Source: Catajapyx aquilonaris (taxonomy: Eukaryota). From it: a stretch of 64,000 bases of DNA. A model generated the notes under the pieces. It was given only the letters and a program-made list of their open reading frames with translations, was not told where the DNA came from and made no database searches. Positions 50,145 through 62,569 of the stretch are shown piece by piece. The first letter of the stretch is position 1. Each line of letters begins with the position of its first letter. Made by a program: the position numbers and the translations under genes. Where the stretch lies: NCBI GenBank assembly GCA_000934665.2, contig KZ538196.1, positions 1-64,000 on the forward strand, in the 5' to 3' direction.

Positions 50145-52492
50145 AAACGATGCGTTCAGAAACGCTGGACAAGGGCAAAGACACACAGCAAACAGAGAAC
50201 GCGCACGAGCAGTTTGAGTCCATACCGGTACCGGTATCCCATTTGCGGGGCCAATGTGACAGTCTCCCCTCCACCTACGGACCACCATCCCATCAGACCC
50301 TGGGTTACGACGATTTCGTATGGGACCCGTACCTGTACTACCCTTATTTCGACTACTGGTACCCTCCTCCTTCCCATGCCCAGCAGCCGCAGGTACAGCA
50401 GGTACCGAACCGGCAGCAGCAGCAGCGACGCTCGTTCATTCCTTCCAAATCCTTCCGCTACCTGCAAATGATGTACGACAATTTCCACGACTACTGTGAT
50501 TTTTTCCCGGACGAATCCGGCGGGTGGTACGGCGATTGGTATGGGTACGACGGAAACGGAGGGTACGACGAAGACTGGGGGGTGTCGGTCGAGGTGGCCG
50601 ACGTACCCAAGGATTACAGGCCGGATGTGCCACCGGAAGAGTTCAGGGCTGATAGTCGACAGGAGGTCAGCGACGTACCACCGTCTGAACCACCGAGTGT
50701 ACCGGCAACCGAGTCCAGTGAGGTGAGTGAGTCGGAGCAGGACTGTAGTGTGCTGGAGACGTCCGACGAGGGACACAGCTGCGTCGAAGGTGTCGTTGAA
50801 GAACCGTCGTCGATCAGCGACGATGCGACCATACGGGCTGTGAAATCCGTGCACGATCTGCGAAACGACGAGTTGACGATCCGTACTGACGACTCATCGT
50901 CGACATCAGGATCAGACGGAGAGGATGATGACGAAGGGGACGAATCGGATAGTACCGAGAGCAACAACGACGATGCGGACGATCAGAAGAAGTACGCTGT
51001 TGACGAACCGCGCGACGATGCTGAGAGTGTCGAATGCGGCGACGAATGGCAGTTTGTCCGTTCCCAATGTTGTAGGCACCGTGGGGCCGTACCACGACAG
51101 CTCAGCGTCATCTACGAAGAGTCAGAGCACTCAGCCGTCAGCGACACTGACAGCGGACGTGCCAAGAAGCCGTCTCTTCGTCAGCCGAGCCGTCCAGTCA
51201 GCGCCGCAATCGACGAGTGCGACGAAGACGAAGCAAGGACCGAACACGATTCGGACACCACTGTCGAAAACCACTCGACAATGGAAAGCGACAGTTCGGC
51301 CACACTAGCCAGCGGAAACAGAGAGAGCGACGATGACGGCAGCGATGTCGACGAGGACTCGACCGTCACTGTCCGACTCCCGTTGCGACTACAGTTCAGC
51401 AAATCCGCTGACGAATCCGACGTCGCCACTTTAATAGTCGGAAACAGCAAGATCGAAGTGGACAAGTCGGACAAAGGGTCGGACTCGGAGACCAAGACAT
51501 TCCAAGTGGAGGCATCGTCGGTGACGTCGGCTCTTGAAGCTGCAGTGTCCCTAGCGACGAAGCACCAGGATGAGATGACCGCCGACGAATCGTCAGTGAA
51601 CAACGACGAAGAATCCGATGATGATGACAGCAGCTCGGACGAAACTGATAGTGAGAACAAAGAACCGATTGCCAACCAGGGTGCGTCAGGCAAGATCGAC
51701 AACGTCATGAACGACCTGAGTGTCGAAGCTGCCAAAAAGGATGAGAAAAAGCCAAAGTTTCATGACCTAGCTTTAGAGGCACTTTTGTGGCACTTCAAAC
51801 GGTACTTACAGGAGAATTTAGGTAGCGAGGATGACTCTGGTGTGGCGGATATGAGTCGACAGTTGTCTGACGTTGAAACTGAGGACACAGAGGCTGATAA
51901 GCGGAAATGTCAACGAGCTAAGACGCACTCTAGATTGTTTGAACTTCTACAGGAAGAGTGTAAGCAACCGGAAGAATTAGTGCAGGTCATACAGGAGGTC
52001 ATTGATGAACCGAAACCAGATGACCGAATTGAGGACCTGAGACGTCGTAGGACATTGCTGAATCTACCAGTTGGTCCGGCTGCTGAAACGCCCGGATCAA
52101 GCGGGATTGTCACACCGTCGTTGGCGTCCCCGACGTCTCCAACAACCCGTGAGAAACTGATAGCCGAACTGATACAAGAACTACAACGACGCACATGCAC
52201 CAAATCGGCTCCTCCACTGCGAGACGTCTTCCAGTGGATGCAAGACGAGTTGGCTCAGGGAGACACCACTGCCAATAACAACAATACATACGAGTACGAC
52301 ACATACTACCAACCAGACACGTACCAGCGTGTCAGGTGTCCAAAATGGGTCGCAAGATGCCCACGCACAACCACTGCCAAATGTACAAATAACGAAACGA
52401 AGGTAGCACCAACTGACCCATCCCAATCAACCCAACAACCTAACAATAAACCCGAGGACTCCAACACCAACAACAATACCTCATCTTCTTGA
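50145..52492 (+). CDS. Alternative terminal exon L: ~780-aa acidic, Ser/Asp/Glu-rich, probably disordered tail
   Basis: cttgtAG acceptor in phase 1, in frame with ORF 50108-52492. Contains a further IPSKSFRYLQ motif, which ties it to the upstream gene. Confidence 0.88.
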
Positions 52493-53852
52493 TGGAGGGG
52501 AGCACGATACCCCCCTCAAAAAAAAACAACACTTGATTGGCCAGTTTTCAAGTCGAGAGATCCTCTGCTGGGTCTTCTTTTCCTCGGAAGGTACAGAGAT
52601 TAGGCATTTACCCTCCCCCCCCAAAAAAGTGGTCTTTTTAATTAATTATTTTTTTTGGTTGTTTAATTAGTGTGGAGTGCTATTTTGACTATAATCGAAC
52701 GATACCCTTCTCCAACTTTTTTGGTTAGATTTATTTTTTTTAAAGTAAGAAAAAAAAAATTAGGCGCAATCTCTCTGGAGTAAACTCCACCTTTTCCCAC
52801 ACGACACCGGTCAAATGCTGTGTGTTTTTTATTTATTTTATTTAATACAGTATAATAATTAATAAATGAAAAAAAGTGACAGCTACCACACACGTGATGG
52901 TAACACACATTCCACACGTTTCAAATTTACGCACATAAGGGCCTACATAGCTGTCCAATGCGAAAGGGCCATCAAACGCAAAATAAATAAATAATAATAA
53001 TTGTTGATTTTGATTCCGCAACATTAATTAACCGAACTATATGTAGATTGCAGTTGGAATGAACAAACTCATATTTTGTGTATTACAATGGGGTGCAGTT
53101 TGCTTCAAAGAGATTTTCTAGCAGTTTACCTCTCTTTTTTGGTTTTTTTTGTTCATTTTTTTTGGACTAGCCTGTGTGCTATGGCGTGTGCCTCACCTTT
53201 TTTTTTGACAGTTGGGGATATCAAAGTGCAAATTTTCGCCCAAAAATTTTTGTGTTGTCGCGAACCTCCGTGTACGAGGACGACTTCTTTGCAAAATAAA
53301 TAAATAAACACATTCCACACTATACACTATGCAGTAGTTTAGAGCACTCACAGGCCCGTTCACCTTTGATGTCCTCAAACTTTCTGCAAACTTTTGGCTT
53401 TACTGCTCGCACCTTTGTTTTATATTGGCAAAGGTATTGGCCCCAAAAAATGGCAACCATTTTGGTTCCAATACCAGGCATGATACTTTGCTCATTTTTT
53501 GGCTAGTTAGCGACAAGTGGTCGGCTTTTTTTCACGTATATAGACACACCGAAGCACGTCACACTAAGTAGATAGAGATACGTAACACTAACGGCATGCA
53601 AAGCGTATTTATTATTATATGAAGGTATATTATGCAAATTTTTATTAGCAAATGCCAATTCATTCCTCAAATTATGTGGTGTCCTACATTTTTATATGTT
53701 GTGCTGTCCTGCAGGGTTATGTAATTTTGGACCAAAGTCACCCTAATTCACCTAACGTAACCCTGTACCGACCGTGTGACATGACCTGGGAAGGTCAAGG
53801 CAGGTCATGTGCAGCGCAAAATGCAAATTCAGGAACCAATTTTGAACGGCCC

Positions 53853-54310
53853 TGCAAAGTTGCGAGGGGCGTGGCCTAATGTTGCAAGCAGCTTGTCCTA
53901 CAAATTGCCGGAGGCGTGGCTTAATAGCAAGTTGCGGGAGGCGCGGCCTAAAGTTGCAAGGGGTGTTGCCTGAAAGTTGCAGGAGGCGTGGCTTGATAGT
54001 CAAGTTGCGACAGGCGTGTCTTAAAAGTTGCAAGGGGTGTTTCATGCAAGTTGTAGGAGGCGTGATCTGCAAGTTGCGGAAGGCGTGGCCTAAAATTGCA
54101 AGGGGTGTTGCCTGAAAGTTGCAGGAGGCATGGTCTACTGGCAAGTTGCAAGTGACGTGTCCTACAAATTGCAGGAGGCGTGGCTTGATAGTCAAGTTGC
54201 GAGAGGCGTGGCCTAAAGTTGCAAGGAGTGTTTCCTGCAAGTTGTAGGAGGCGTGATCTGCAAGTTGCGGAAGGCGTGGCCTGCAAGTTGCGAGAGACCT
54301 GTTAGCAAGT
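53853..54310. repeat. Degenerate minisatellite (about 22-23 bp, AAGTTGC..GAGGCGTGGC)
   Basis: About 20 reiterated aagttgc/aaattgc units with a higher-order duplication. Confidence 0.9.
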
Positions 54311-54806
54311 TTGCTAGAGTCGTTCAAAATTGGTATGAATTTTTGCATTGCGCTGCATGTGATGTTGAGAAGTCTTTTCTTATGGTTTTGTCACATGGAA
54401 AGCAAGGGAAAAAACATAAATCATAACTTACCTCTTGTTGGTCTCGCCCCCACCTATGGTTCGTGGGATGTGATACTTTGCAGGTGGACTTCGCTGGGGC
54501 AACTTCGGTAGTCCCAAGTTACACAATCCTGCAAGACAAGCCAGAATTGCAGGGATGTGAATTTGGGATAGGCAGCTACACTTGTTACAGTGAGCTTATG
54601 CATGACAACTTTATCAAACAAAAATTTATAATGTACTTTACAATATAATCTAGAAAGGACACATGGCAGGGCTTATGTTGCGACGTCACAAGGCCCAGCT
54701 TTATTTTCCAGTCAATTAAAAATTTGTCAGCAAAAATTGCATGATTTTAATGCACAATGTTCTATCAGGGTTGACACTAATTTTTGTTCTTTTGCTATTT
54801 TTGCAG

Positions 54807-54829
54807 GACCCGGCGAATCGGATATGTGA
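54807..54829 (+). CDS. Alternative terminal exon S: (G)PGESDM* followed by a ~0.8-kb 3' UTR
   Basis: Long polypyrimidine tract plus ttgcAG, phase 1. TGA at 54827-54829, then a T-rich UTR with AATAAA at 55651. Confidence 0.8.
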
Positions 54830-56470
54830 AATACCAAACTTTGTAGCTCTGAAGGAAGGAGCGGGGAAGTTTTTACTTTTGGTTTAATTTTCGTAGAGGA
54901 GTTGTACGGATTTCAAATTTTTATTTTCGCGATACACAAGGAAGCAAAAAAATTTTTTGGATGGTATTTCCTTCCCTCGAGTTGTCTGGCGTTTTTCTTT
55001 GAACGCTTTTCCTTCAACTATTGCCAACATTAGCAATAGTAGTTGGTTTAGTTTTGGCTTCGATGTTGCAAGAGCATTTGGCGAATTCTTTTGTTATTTC
55101 TCTTTCTATTTGTTACCGCAGAGTGCTATGTAGAGTTTTTTGCACTAGTTTTTATTGGGTAAAATTGTACTTTTGCTATTATTTATACGTTTGTTATAAT
55201 TTAATAAGAAATATCAGTATGTTTGTTACATTTGTTTGTAAGGACAAAGTTTTGACGAATTTTTATTGGCACCGCGACGATTTTTTAACGAAATGAATTT
55301 ATCGGACGGAAGTGATATGGAGCAGATATTTCTTGTTGGCAACATTTTTTTTGACTTAGTGTTGTACTGAGATTTTTTAAAAAATAAGCAAACTAACCAA
55401 TCTTTAAAAAAAAATCATAATTTATAACACAGTCCCGTTTTGTATAGTACTCAAACATTTTAACTCTAGTTACTTTGTTGCTTGAAGGATAGACCTCTCT
55501 CCAGATGAATTAAAAGCCTCTCTATAATGTATTAATTACTTTGATTACATTGATACAAATGTGCTGAATGCTAAGAAGCAACAGAAACACATTTTGTGAG
55601 TAATTACAGCACATTTTTTTTGTACTTGTTCACTGTGATTGTGACAACGTAATAAACATCAGAGAGTGAAACGGTGCTTTTCATTCACATTGTTTGCTCC
55701 CACTGTACCTTACTCATCGTACCATCAATCACGGAATAAAAATATGAAAAAAGTAATTAATTCCAGTTAATTCCGGATAAGTTGGGTCCAACGTAATTTT
55801 CAGTGTTACAGACCCAAGAGGAAAAACCCAAGGTGAGACATTTACATATTTTCCGGACCATACCTATAATACTGGGCATCACCGCGAGGACCGAGGTCAA
55901 CAAGAGGATACGTCAGCGAACTAATGACGTCAATTCGCGAGGAGGGGGGGGGGGGGGAANATAATCTCGCCACATTTGTATGATAAGATTCTGATCCCAA
56001 ACGAGCAATGAGATTTCCTTGCTATTTCCTGCACAATAATTACGTATTACAGGTTGTGCAGTACTACAAGATAGTCAACCTTGACATTACAGGAATATGC
56101 AGCAAAAACTGGTTTCTTGCTAAGTGACCCTGAAATAATGGCACTTATGCTGACAATTGACGAATTATGATGTGCATCAACCTGTAGTACAAACACCAAA
56201 AGAGATGCCGTATTGTCCGTCCCCAATTTATCACTGTCAAACTGTAGATCAGCAATGAATGTTGCAATATATTGCTCATGAAGAAATGCATTGCGTCCCC
56301 TCTTTTTCCTGGAAGAGATGGAGATTAGCCAGTATCCATTTATTCCTGGCCTTCACGTATCGGATCAGCAAGAAAAGCAAACACTGAGTATCAACTGGTG
56401 TGTTTTCCGAGCTATATCATGTTTAAACGGTAGCAGGAAAGAGGAAACAAAATGCCCCTCGATTGAGAAT

Positions 56471-56895
56471 CAGCAAAATTACACAATGGCCACTTCATAA
56501 AAATTTCGCAAAATTTAATGACCTACCAAGAACTGAATACTAAATGTAATCAATTATTGTGAATTAAATTAATTGAACATTAAACGTTCAGGAATAATTA
56601 CCATTTGAGTTGGTCCTTCAGAGACTGGAGGATCAAGTACTATTTTGATTAATTATTAAATTATTGCATTATTAATATTACTAGCAAATTCGCAAATTCA
56701 CCTCTTTATAAGGCATTGAGAAGCAGCAAAATTGCACAATGTTCACTTCATAAAAATTCCGCGAAATTTAAAGACCCACCAAGAACCGAATATTAATGCA
56801 ATCAGTTGGGAATAAAATAATTATTAATTGAAAATGGTTCATGCGGAATTATTACCATTTGAGTACTCTTCAGAGACTATTTTTGATTAATTAAA
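56471..56895. repeat. Degenerate tandem duplication (period about 253 bp)
   Basis: cagcaaaatt.cacaatg..cacttcataaaaatt...accaagaac.gaata...ttaccatttgagt...ttcagagact occurs at 56471 and at 56724. Confidence 0.85.
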
Positions 56896-57299
56896 TATTT
56901 ACATTTTATTACTGTTTTATTGAATTTTATTCATATTACACGAATATTTAGCAATAACAAATTCGAAAATATTTACAGTGGTCGGTAGGCCCTACATTTT
57001 ATTATCATTAACATGAACTTATTAAATATTTTCATTTACATCGTGTCATATTTTATTAATATTAAGTTATGGATCTAATTTTGGATATAATTATTTAAGC
57101 CATTCTTCTAATATATAATCCACTGCAAATTTTCTCTCAGAAAACTCGACTAATTTCATTACGAAGTATACAGTCAAAAATGACTCAAAATTTTTACTCG
57201 ATTTTGCAATTATTATGATTCAACCATATTCTCAATTTCCATCCAATCATCACCAGTTACTTTGAATACACGTGCCGTTCAGTTCACACACGACTAATT

Positions 57300-58530
57300 T
57301 ATCAACCAAGAAGTTACGCAACTCACGACGTATTATTCTCGGGGTTTCCGACACCAAACCCTCATTACGTCACGGATAAGTGGCCCTAAAATTATATACA
57401 GTATATATAAAAAAGCGGGAATGCCAGCAATAAGATATCACATTTTGAAATCTCAAATTGGTATGACTCAGCATGCGGGGGAGTTAGTAAAAATTTGGAT
57501 CATGATCCTGGTGTAAAATCCCAGCAGCCTAGGAAACAGGTTCAGATGTGAAAGAGAAAGGAAAAAAAAACACATGTTGTATAGAAAGCGAAGACGATAG
57601 CGATGCTTTTCAGCTAGGGGAAATCCCTATCACGTGTGTGTATGTGTGCGACGTTGTCATGTATGTAGCCGGACGTTAGAAGTACAATCCAGGTTAGATT
57701 GCGAATAATAAAAAAAAGGTCAGTGTCTTGATATGACGCACACTATTTCGGAGCCGTCAAGTGGAGGCTATTTAAAAATAGTTGGTTTTTTTTGGTGCAT
57801 CGTATGGGGAAAATCCCCCTAAATTAAATTTTCCTTTCACTGTTGACGTTATATGCAAATAAACCGTTCCTAGAAATCAAATTAAAAATAAATTCACTCA
57901 ATTTTCCTGGACCAAAAAAAATGTTCATCATGGTCACATTATTTTACATACTTTTCTCTTAATGAAATCCAATCCAAAAAATTTGTTCAATTTTCCTGTT
58001 TATTTTTATTCCCCTCCAAATATTTTCCTCATGGCCACATTTTGCATACCTTTCCGTGAATGAAATGTGTACACACACCCTTCCTATAAAACTAGTCTAC
58101 ACAAATAAAATTCGCATGACCTTGCCTTCCTTCCCACTTCCATGTGTAATGCAAAAGAAAAAAAGTACACTAGGCAACATTGCATGGGTTTTCCCTGTAT
58201 GTCGTGTTCCTAATGGCTGGCCTTATCCCGCCACAAAAAAAAATCGAGGCAGTCATACACAAGCAGCAAGCAACCCAGAAGGATACCACAATCGCAGCTG
58301 ACTCGACACCCCAGGTTTTCCATCCGGAAGGGAAAATAGGGGAAATTTTTTTAAGAAGAAATTGTGGGGGTGAAGGGGTTGTGGGGGGTGGATATATTTT
58401 TTTCTTTAAAAAAACGAGTGCATATAAAGTGGGTCCAACTTGTTAACTTTTGTGTTGTGTTGTGCGCGGGTGGATTTGCAACAGGTGGATATGTGTTGAT
58501 TGATTATTTTTTTTTTGGAGAGACTTCATC
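57300..58530 (+). promoter_or_regulatory. Relish upstream region with clustered kB and other immune/stress motifs
   Basis: kB-like sites GGGGAAATCCC 57617, GGGGAAAATCCCC 57806 and GGGTTTTCCC 58186. Also TTACGCAA 57314, TTACGTCA 57365, TGACTCAGCA 57464, ATGCAAAT 57853, TTCCTAGAA 57867, and TATA-like elements at 57404 and about 58423. Confidence 0.65.
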
Positions 58531-58651
58531 ATGAACACTTTGTCGCCTCCGAGTGCTGGAAGATCATCCAGAAGTAGTTCACCATCGGACATGAGTAGCT
58601 CAGCCAGTCCGTACCAGTACACCCAACTTGCAACGTCGCCTTATTACTTTG
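58531..58651 (+). CDS. Rel: Relish first coding exon (Ser/Pro-rich N-terminus)
   Basis: MNTLSPPSAGRSSRSSSPSDMSSSASPYQYTQLATSPYYF; donor G|GTATGA, phase 1, matching the RHD exon. Confidence 0.7.
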
Positions 58652-60066
58652 GTATGACATCCAGTGGTTCAGTGGTTGCCAAAAAATATTATGGATTCAT
58701 TTTTATTATACGCAGATGAAGCTCGCAAGATATGAGATCATATGTTGCTTAATTCATTGCGAAACTTGTGCATCATCATGCAAATCGCGAATTTATTAAT
58801 TATTAATTAATTACTTAAGGTTTATCATACGTGTGACTACCAATGTCATAATTAGACGTAGGCCACTGACGAGATTTACTGTGCAGTATATAGGCCTACT
58901 GTGTAAGTGCAAATTACTAATTGAAATGATGCGGCTGAAATTTTCGCCAAAATATGCAATTTTAAATTCTGCAAGTACTCTAATGAACTTTAATGTGTAA
59001 GTTTCATCGAATAGAAAGCGTGTGATTTAAATATTGGGGAGTGTGACACACTTTGGATTCAGGACAATAAGGATGCTTCTTTGGGGGCTTCATATCAGTG
59101 CGTACTTACAAGTAAATCGCAGATATTACTGCGAATAGTTCAGTTGGATCGTTTTCATAAAAACGGCACGATTTTGCAGACTTATGACGCTTCACGGGCG
59201 TGACGTTTTAATGACGTCTGTTCGGTGGGCCCCGGGGGGGAAAAATGGGAGAAGAAGTCAGCACACTCGATAAACTCGTGAAGTATACTGTGCAGGGAGA
59301 GAAAAAATAATAATTGGGTACGGGGATTTTACGAAATAAATAATAGCATTAATAATAAAAAAATCGACATGCGTCACTATATGCGCGGCTTGAATATTAC
59401 TGCAAGTACTGACTGTACAGTAAGTGTTATTTCGCTCATACAACCGGAACAGCAAACAACAACCGGAGTTGGCTAGTAGCCTAATAAATACGCACATTAA
59501 ATATATTCATTTTTATTAGTAGTTAATAAAAAATGTGGTGCATGTATTATAATATTTATTAGCATTTACTGCTGATTTTTTTTACCGTTTTGTTCATTTT
59601 GAAATAAATATGGTACATCATGGCTCAGTAATAATGTATATATTTTTGCAAGTCTATTCAGTTGCAGTAAAATTAAACGTAACAACTCCGAATAGCAGTT
59701 TCAGATTGAGAAGAAAAGTTATTGTTATTTATCAGCAATATAATTTTGGCATCAAATTCGGTATGGAGAGTGTATGTAGCAATCAATTGTAACATTATAA
59801 TGAGAGCAATAACATATAGCCTCTACTCTGCCTACTATTAGACATAATGACGACACTTTTAATTGCTCAAAGTTATTTCACATATAACTTAATATCTGCC
59901 ACATATTAGAGCATAATTATTATTTTGACATCAACATAATATCAATATTTATATTATAATACTATAAATTATAATAATGAACATGATAATTAAAATAGCG
60001 ATTAATATGCTAATTAATATAATATTCTAAGTTATAACAATGAACATGCTAATTAATATAACATTA

Positions 60067-60356
60067 CACCGAAGCAGTTTGGTGGAGTGGCTATAGGGTC
60101 CGACTGCTAATCGGGAGGTCCTGGGTTCGAGCCCCGGGGCCGGCAACTCTAACCGTGGTTTTCTGTGGTTTCCCACGGTCCCTCCAGGAGAATTCCGGAG
60201 TTGTTTCCTAATTTAATAGGCCGCAGCCGCCTCCTTCCTTCCCTATCCTATCCCAAAAAAAGCAAAGTAAAAATGTACGCAAGAGTTCCAGACAAAACAA
60301 AAATCCCCCCTAAAGAGCCGAAAAAGGCTGATAACGGGGTAAGATATTATATTATT
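60067..60356 (+). mobile_element. tRNA-derived SINE with 15-bp target-site duplication in Relish intron 1
   Basis: A box TGGTGGAGTGG, B box GGTTCGAGCC, a body (ggttttctgtggtttccc...ctccaggagaattccgg...taggccgcagccgcctccttcc), an (ATT)n tail, and TSD ATTAATATAACATTA at 60052-60066 and 60357-60371. Confidence 0.9.
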
Positions 60357-61329
60357 ATTAATATAACATTATAAATTATAATAATTAGTAATGTGCTAAT
60401 TTATATAATATTATAGTATAATAAAGTTGTATTAATTGAGTACCGGTAATTTATGAAAATCTACTGATTATAAGCGTGAAGACAACAACAAATCAGTGCA
60501 GTAAAAAAACCGTAACTTCCTTGCGCTGCGCTGAGCTGAAAATTGGCCCACGTATACCAAACAAGGCCCATAATAATAAACGAGCGCATGTTTATTCTCT
60601 CTGATCCGCGCTATAAACCAGCAAACTGGCCACAAAGTTCAACGCCCTTCAAAAATGACGCCGCGCAATGCAAATTATGTTACTTTTGGCAAGACAAGAT
60701 AACAAACCGGGGGCCGGAGGGATTGGAGCGCCAGCGCCGGAAATCACTTGTTATATATCCTCTCTTTTTCCTGGAACCGCTACCGCGTATGTCCAATCGT
60801 GATCCGCGTTATTTCCAATCCCGCCCAGTTATTTCCAACCTCACTCGCTACATGCCATTGATGCGGCCGAGTCCAGACAACGCACTGGAATCCCGTGGTT
60901 GTCCGGACCCTTCAGTACACACGGCATCTATTCTCAGCAAGATGGCCGCCAATTCGGGGACTTCCCCTTGACGCCCCTTCTGCTTTTCCCCCCTTCGTTA
61001 CTTTTTATCCCCACCTTTCCCCTCCCTCCCGTGAAACCCTCGGGACTTCCCCAGTGCATCACGTCCACCAACCAACCGCACCACAAAAACACGGCCAACA
61101 CCCTAGACGCCTCTCAGTTTGGGACAAAAGGCAGCCAAATTAGGGGGACGAAAAAGTGTTGGTGACGTCACACTGGGACAAAATACTCGCTAGTTTTAAT
61201 TATGCTCGGTAAAGGTGAGTTCATTGCACGCTCTAAAGTGTATGACCTCGAAATTTGGGGATGGTTAACTTGCATTAGATAGAAGAAAGTGCCCTAATTG
61301 AAAATCATTCCGCTTTGGCCCGCATTAAC

Positions 61330-62160
61330 TAACTTGTATTGGTAACTTAACAGCTGGTTAAGTTGACAGCTAGTTAAATTGACAGTCACTTAAGTAAACA
61401 GCTGGTTAACTTGACTGTCGGTTAACCTGCTGTTTACTTAAACCGAATATCAACTGAACCGTCGGTTAACTTACCCACTTAACCAGCCACCAATAGTAAT
61501 GCGAAGTATTTAACTGACTGTTTGCTTAACTGTCAACTTAACCAGCTGTAAACTTAACCACATAACAAACTGTTAACATAAGTAAACGGCTGGTTAGGTC
61601 AGCATTCAGATAAGTAACTTGGCATTAGATGACGGCTAATGGAAAATCATATAACTTGCATTGGTAACTTAACAACTGGTTTAGTTGTAGGTCCACTAAG
61701 TAAACAGCTGGTTAAGTTGGCAGTTAAGTGAACAGCTGGTTAAGTTGGCAGTTAAGTGAACAGCTGGTGTTAAGTTGACAGTTAAGTGAACAGCCAGTTA
61801 AGTTGACAGTTAAGTGAACAGCCGGTTAAGTGGGTAGTTAAGGGAACAGCTGGTTAAGTTGGTAGTTACGTGAACAACTGGTTAAGTTGGCAGTTAAGTG
61901 AACAGCCGGTTAAGTTGGCAGTTAAGTGAACAGCCGGTTAAGTTGGCAGTTAAGTGAACAGCCGGTTAAGTTGACAGTTAAGTGAACAACTTGTTAAGTA
62001 GACAGTTAAGTGAACAGCTGGTTAAGTTGGCAGTTACGTGAACAACTGGTTTTAAGTTGGCAGTGAAGTGAACAGCTGGTTAAGTTGGCAGTTAAGTGAA
62101 CAGCTGGTTAAGTTGATGGCTGGTTAAATCAACTTGGGCATTGATGGCTGGTTAAGTGAA
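61330..62160. repeat. 28-bp minisatellite (CAGCTGGTTAAGTTGGCAGTTAAGTGAA) with degenerate and inverted flanking copies
   Basis: About 14 regular units at about 61704-62110. Confidence 0.95.
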
Positions 62161-62257
62161 TCCGGAAGTAAACCTGTTTGTTAGTCATTGGATTTTCTGG
62201 TTGATCATACCTTTTGTTTGTGGTGGGTCGTTAGTAATTTATTAATTGTAATTGCAG

Positions 62258-62412
62258 GCTCGCCCATAGACCCAACCAGACCTTACCTGGAGATGCTGGA
62301 TGAGCCGCAAGAGAAGTTTAGGTTCAGGTACAGGTCTGAAATGACCGGTACTCATGGCTGCCTCTTAGCGGACGGATCGGAGAAGGACAGGAAAAAATAC
62401 CCGACTGTTCGA
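62258..62412 (+). CDS. Rel: Relish RHD exon (PYLEMLDEPQEKFRFRYRSEMTGTHGCL...YPTVR)
   Basis: RFRYxSEM.GTHG is the Relish-type recognition loop (Ser where Dorsal/Rel have Cys). ttgcAG/GTAAGT; 155 nt, phase 1->0. Confidence 0.95.
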
Positions 62413-62569
62413 GTAAGTAGAGTTGACTTCTATAAATTTTATGACTGTTTCATGAACATGCGAAGTCATTTTCACGTAATTTTGATGATCAGTTAACATG
62501 GGATGCCGTACCATCTAATTATCCGGCCTTGTTCTGAGGTTCGTTAACACAATGTTATGATTTTTGCAG

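Noticed and set aside
50156..51735. Long antisense ORFs opposite the large exon (also opposite 43.5-44.6 kb)
   Set aside because: These are shadows of codon bias in the real plus-strand exons.
53752..54348. 198-aa and overlapping repetitive ORFs
   Set aside because: They are translations of a minisatellite, open in several frames on both strands.
60070..60145. Possible tRNA gene
   Set aside because: No proper acceptor stem; it continues into a SINE body with tail and TSD.
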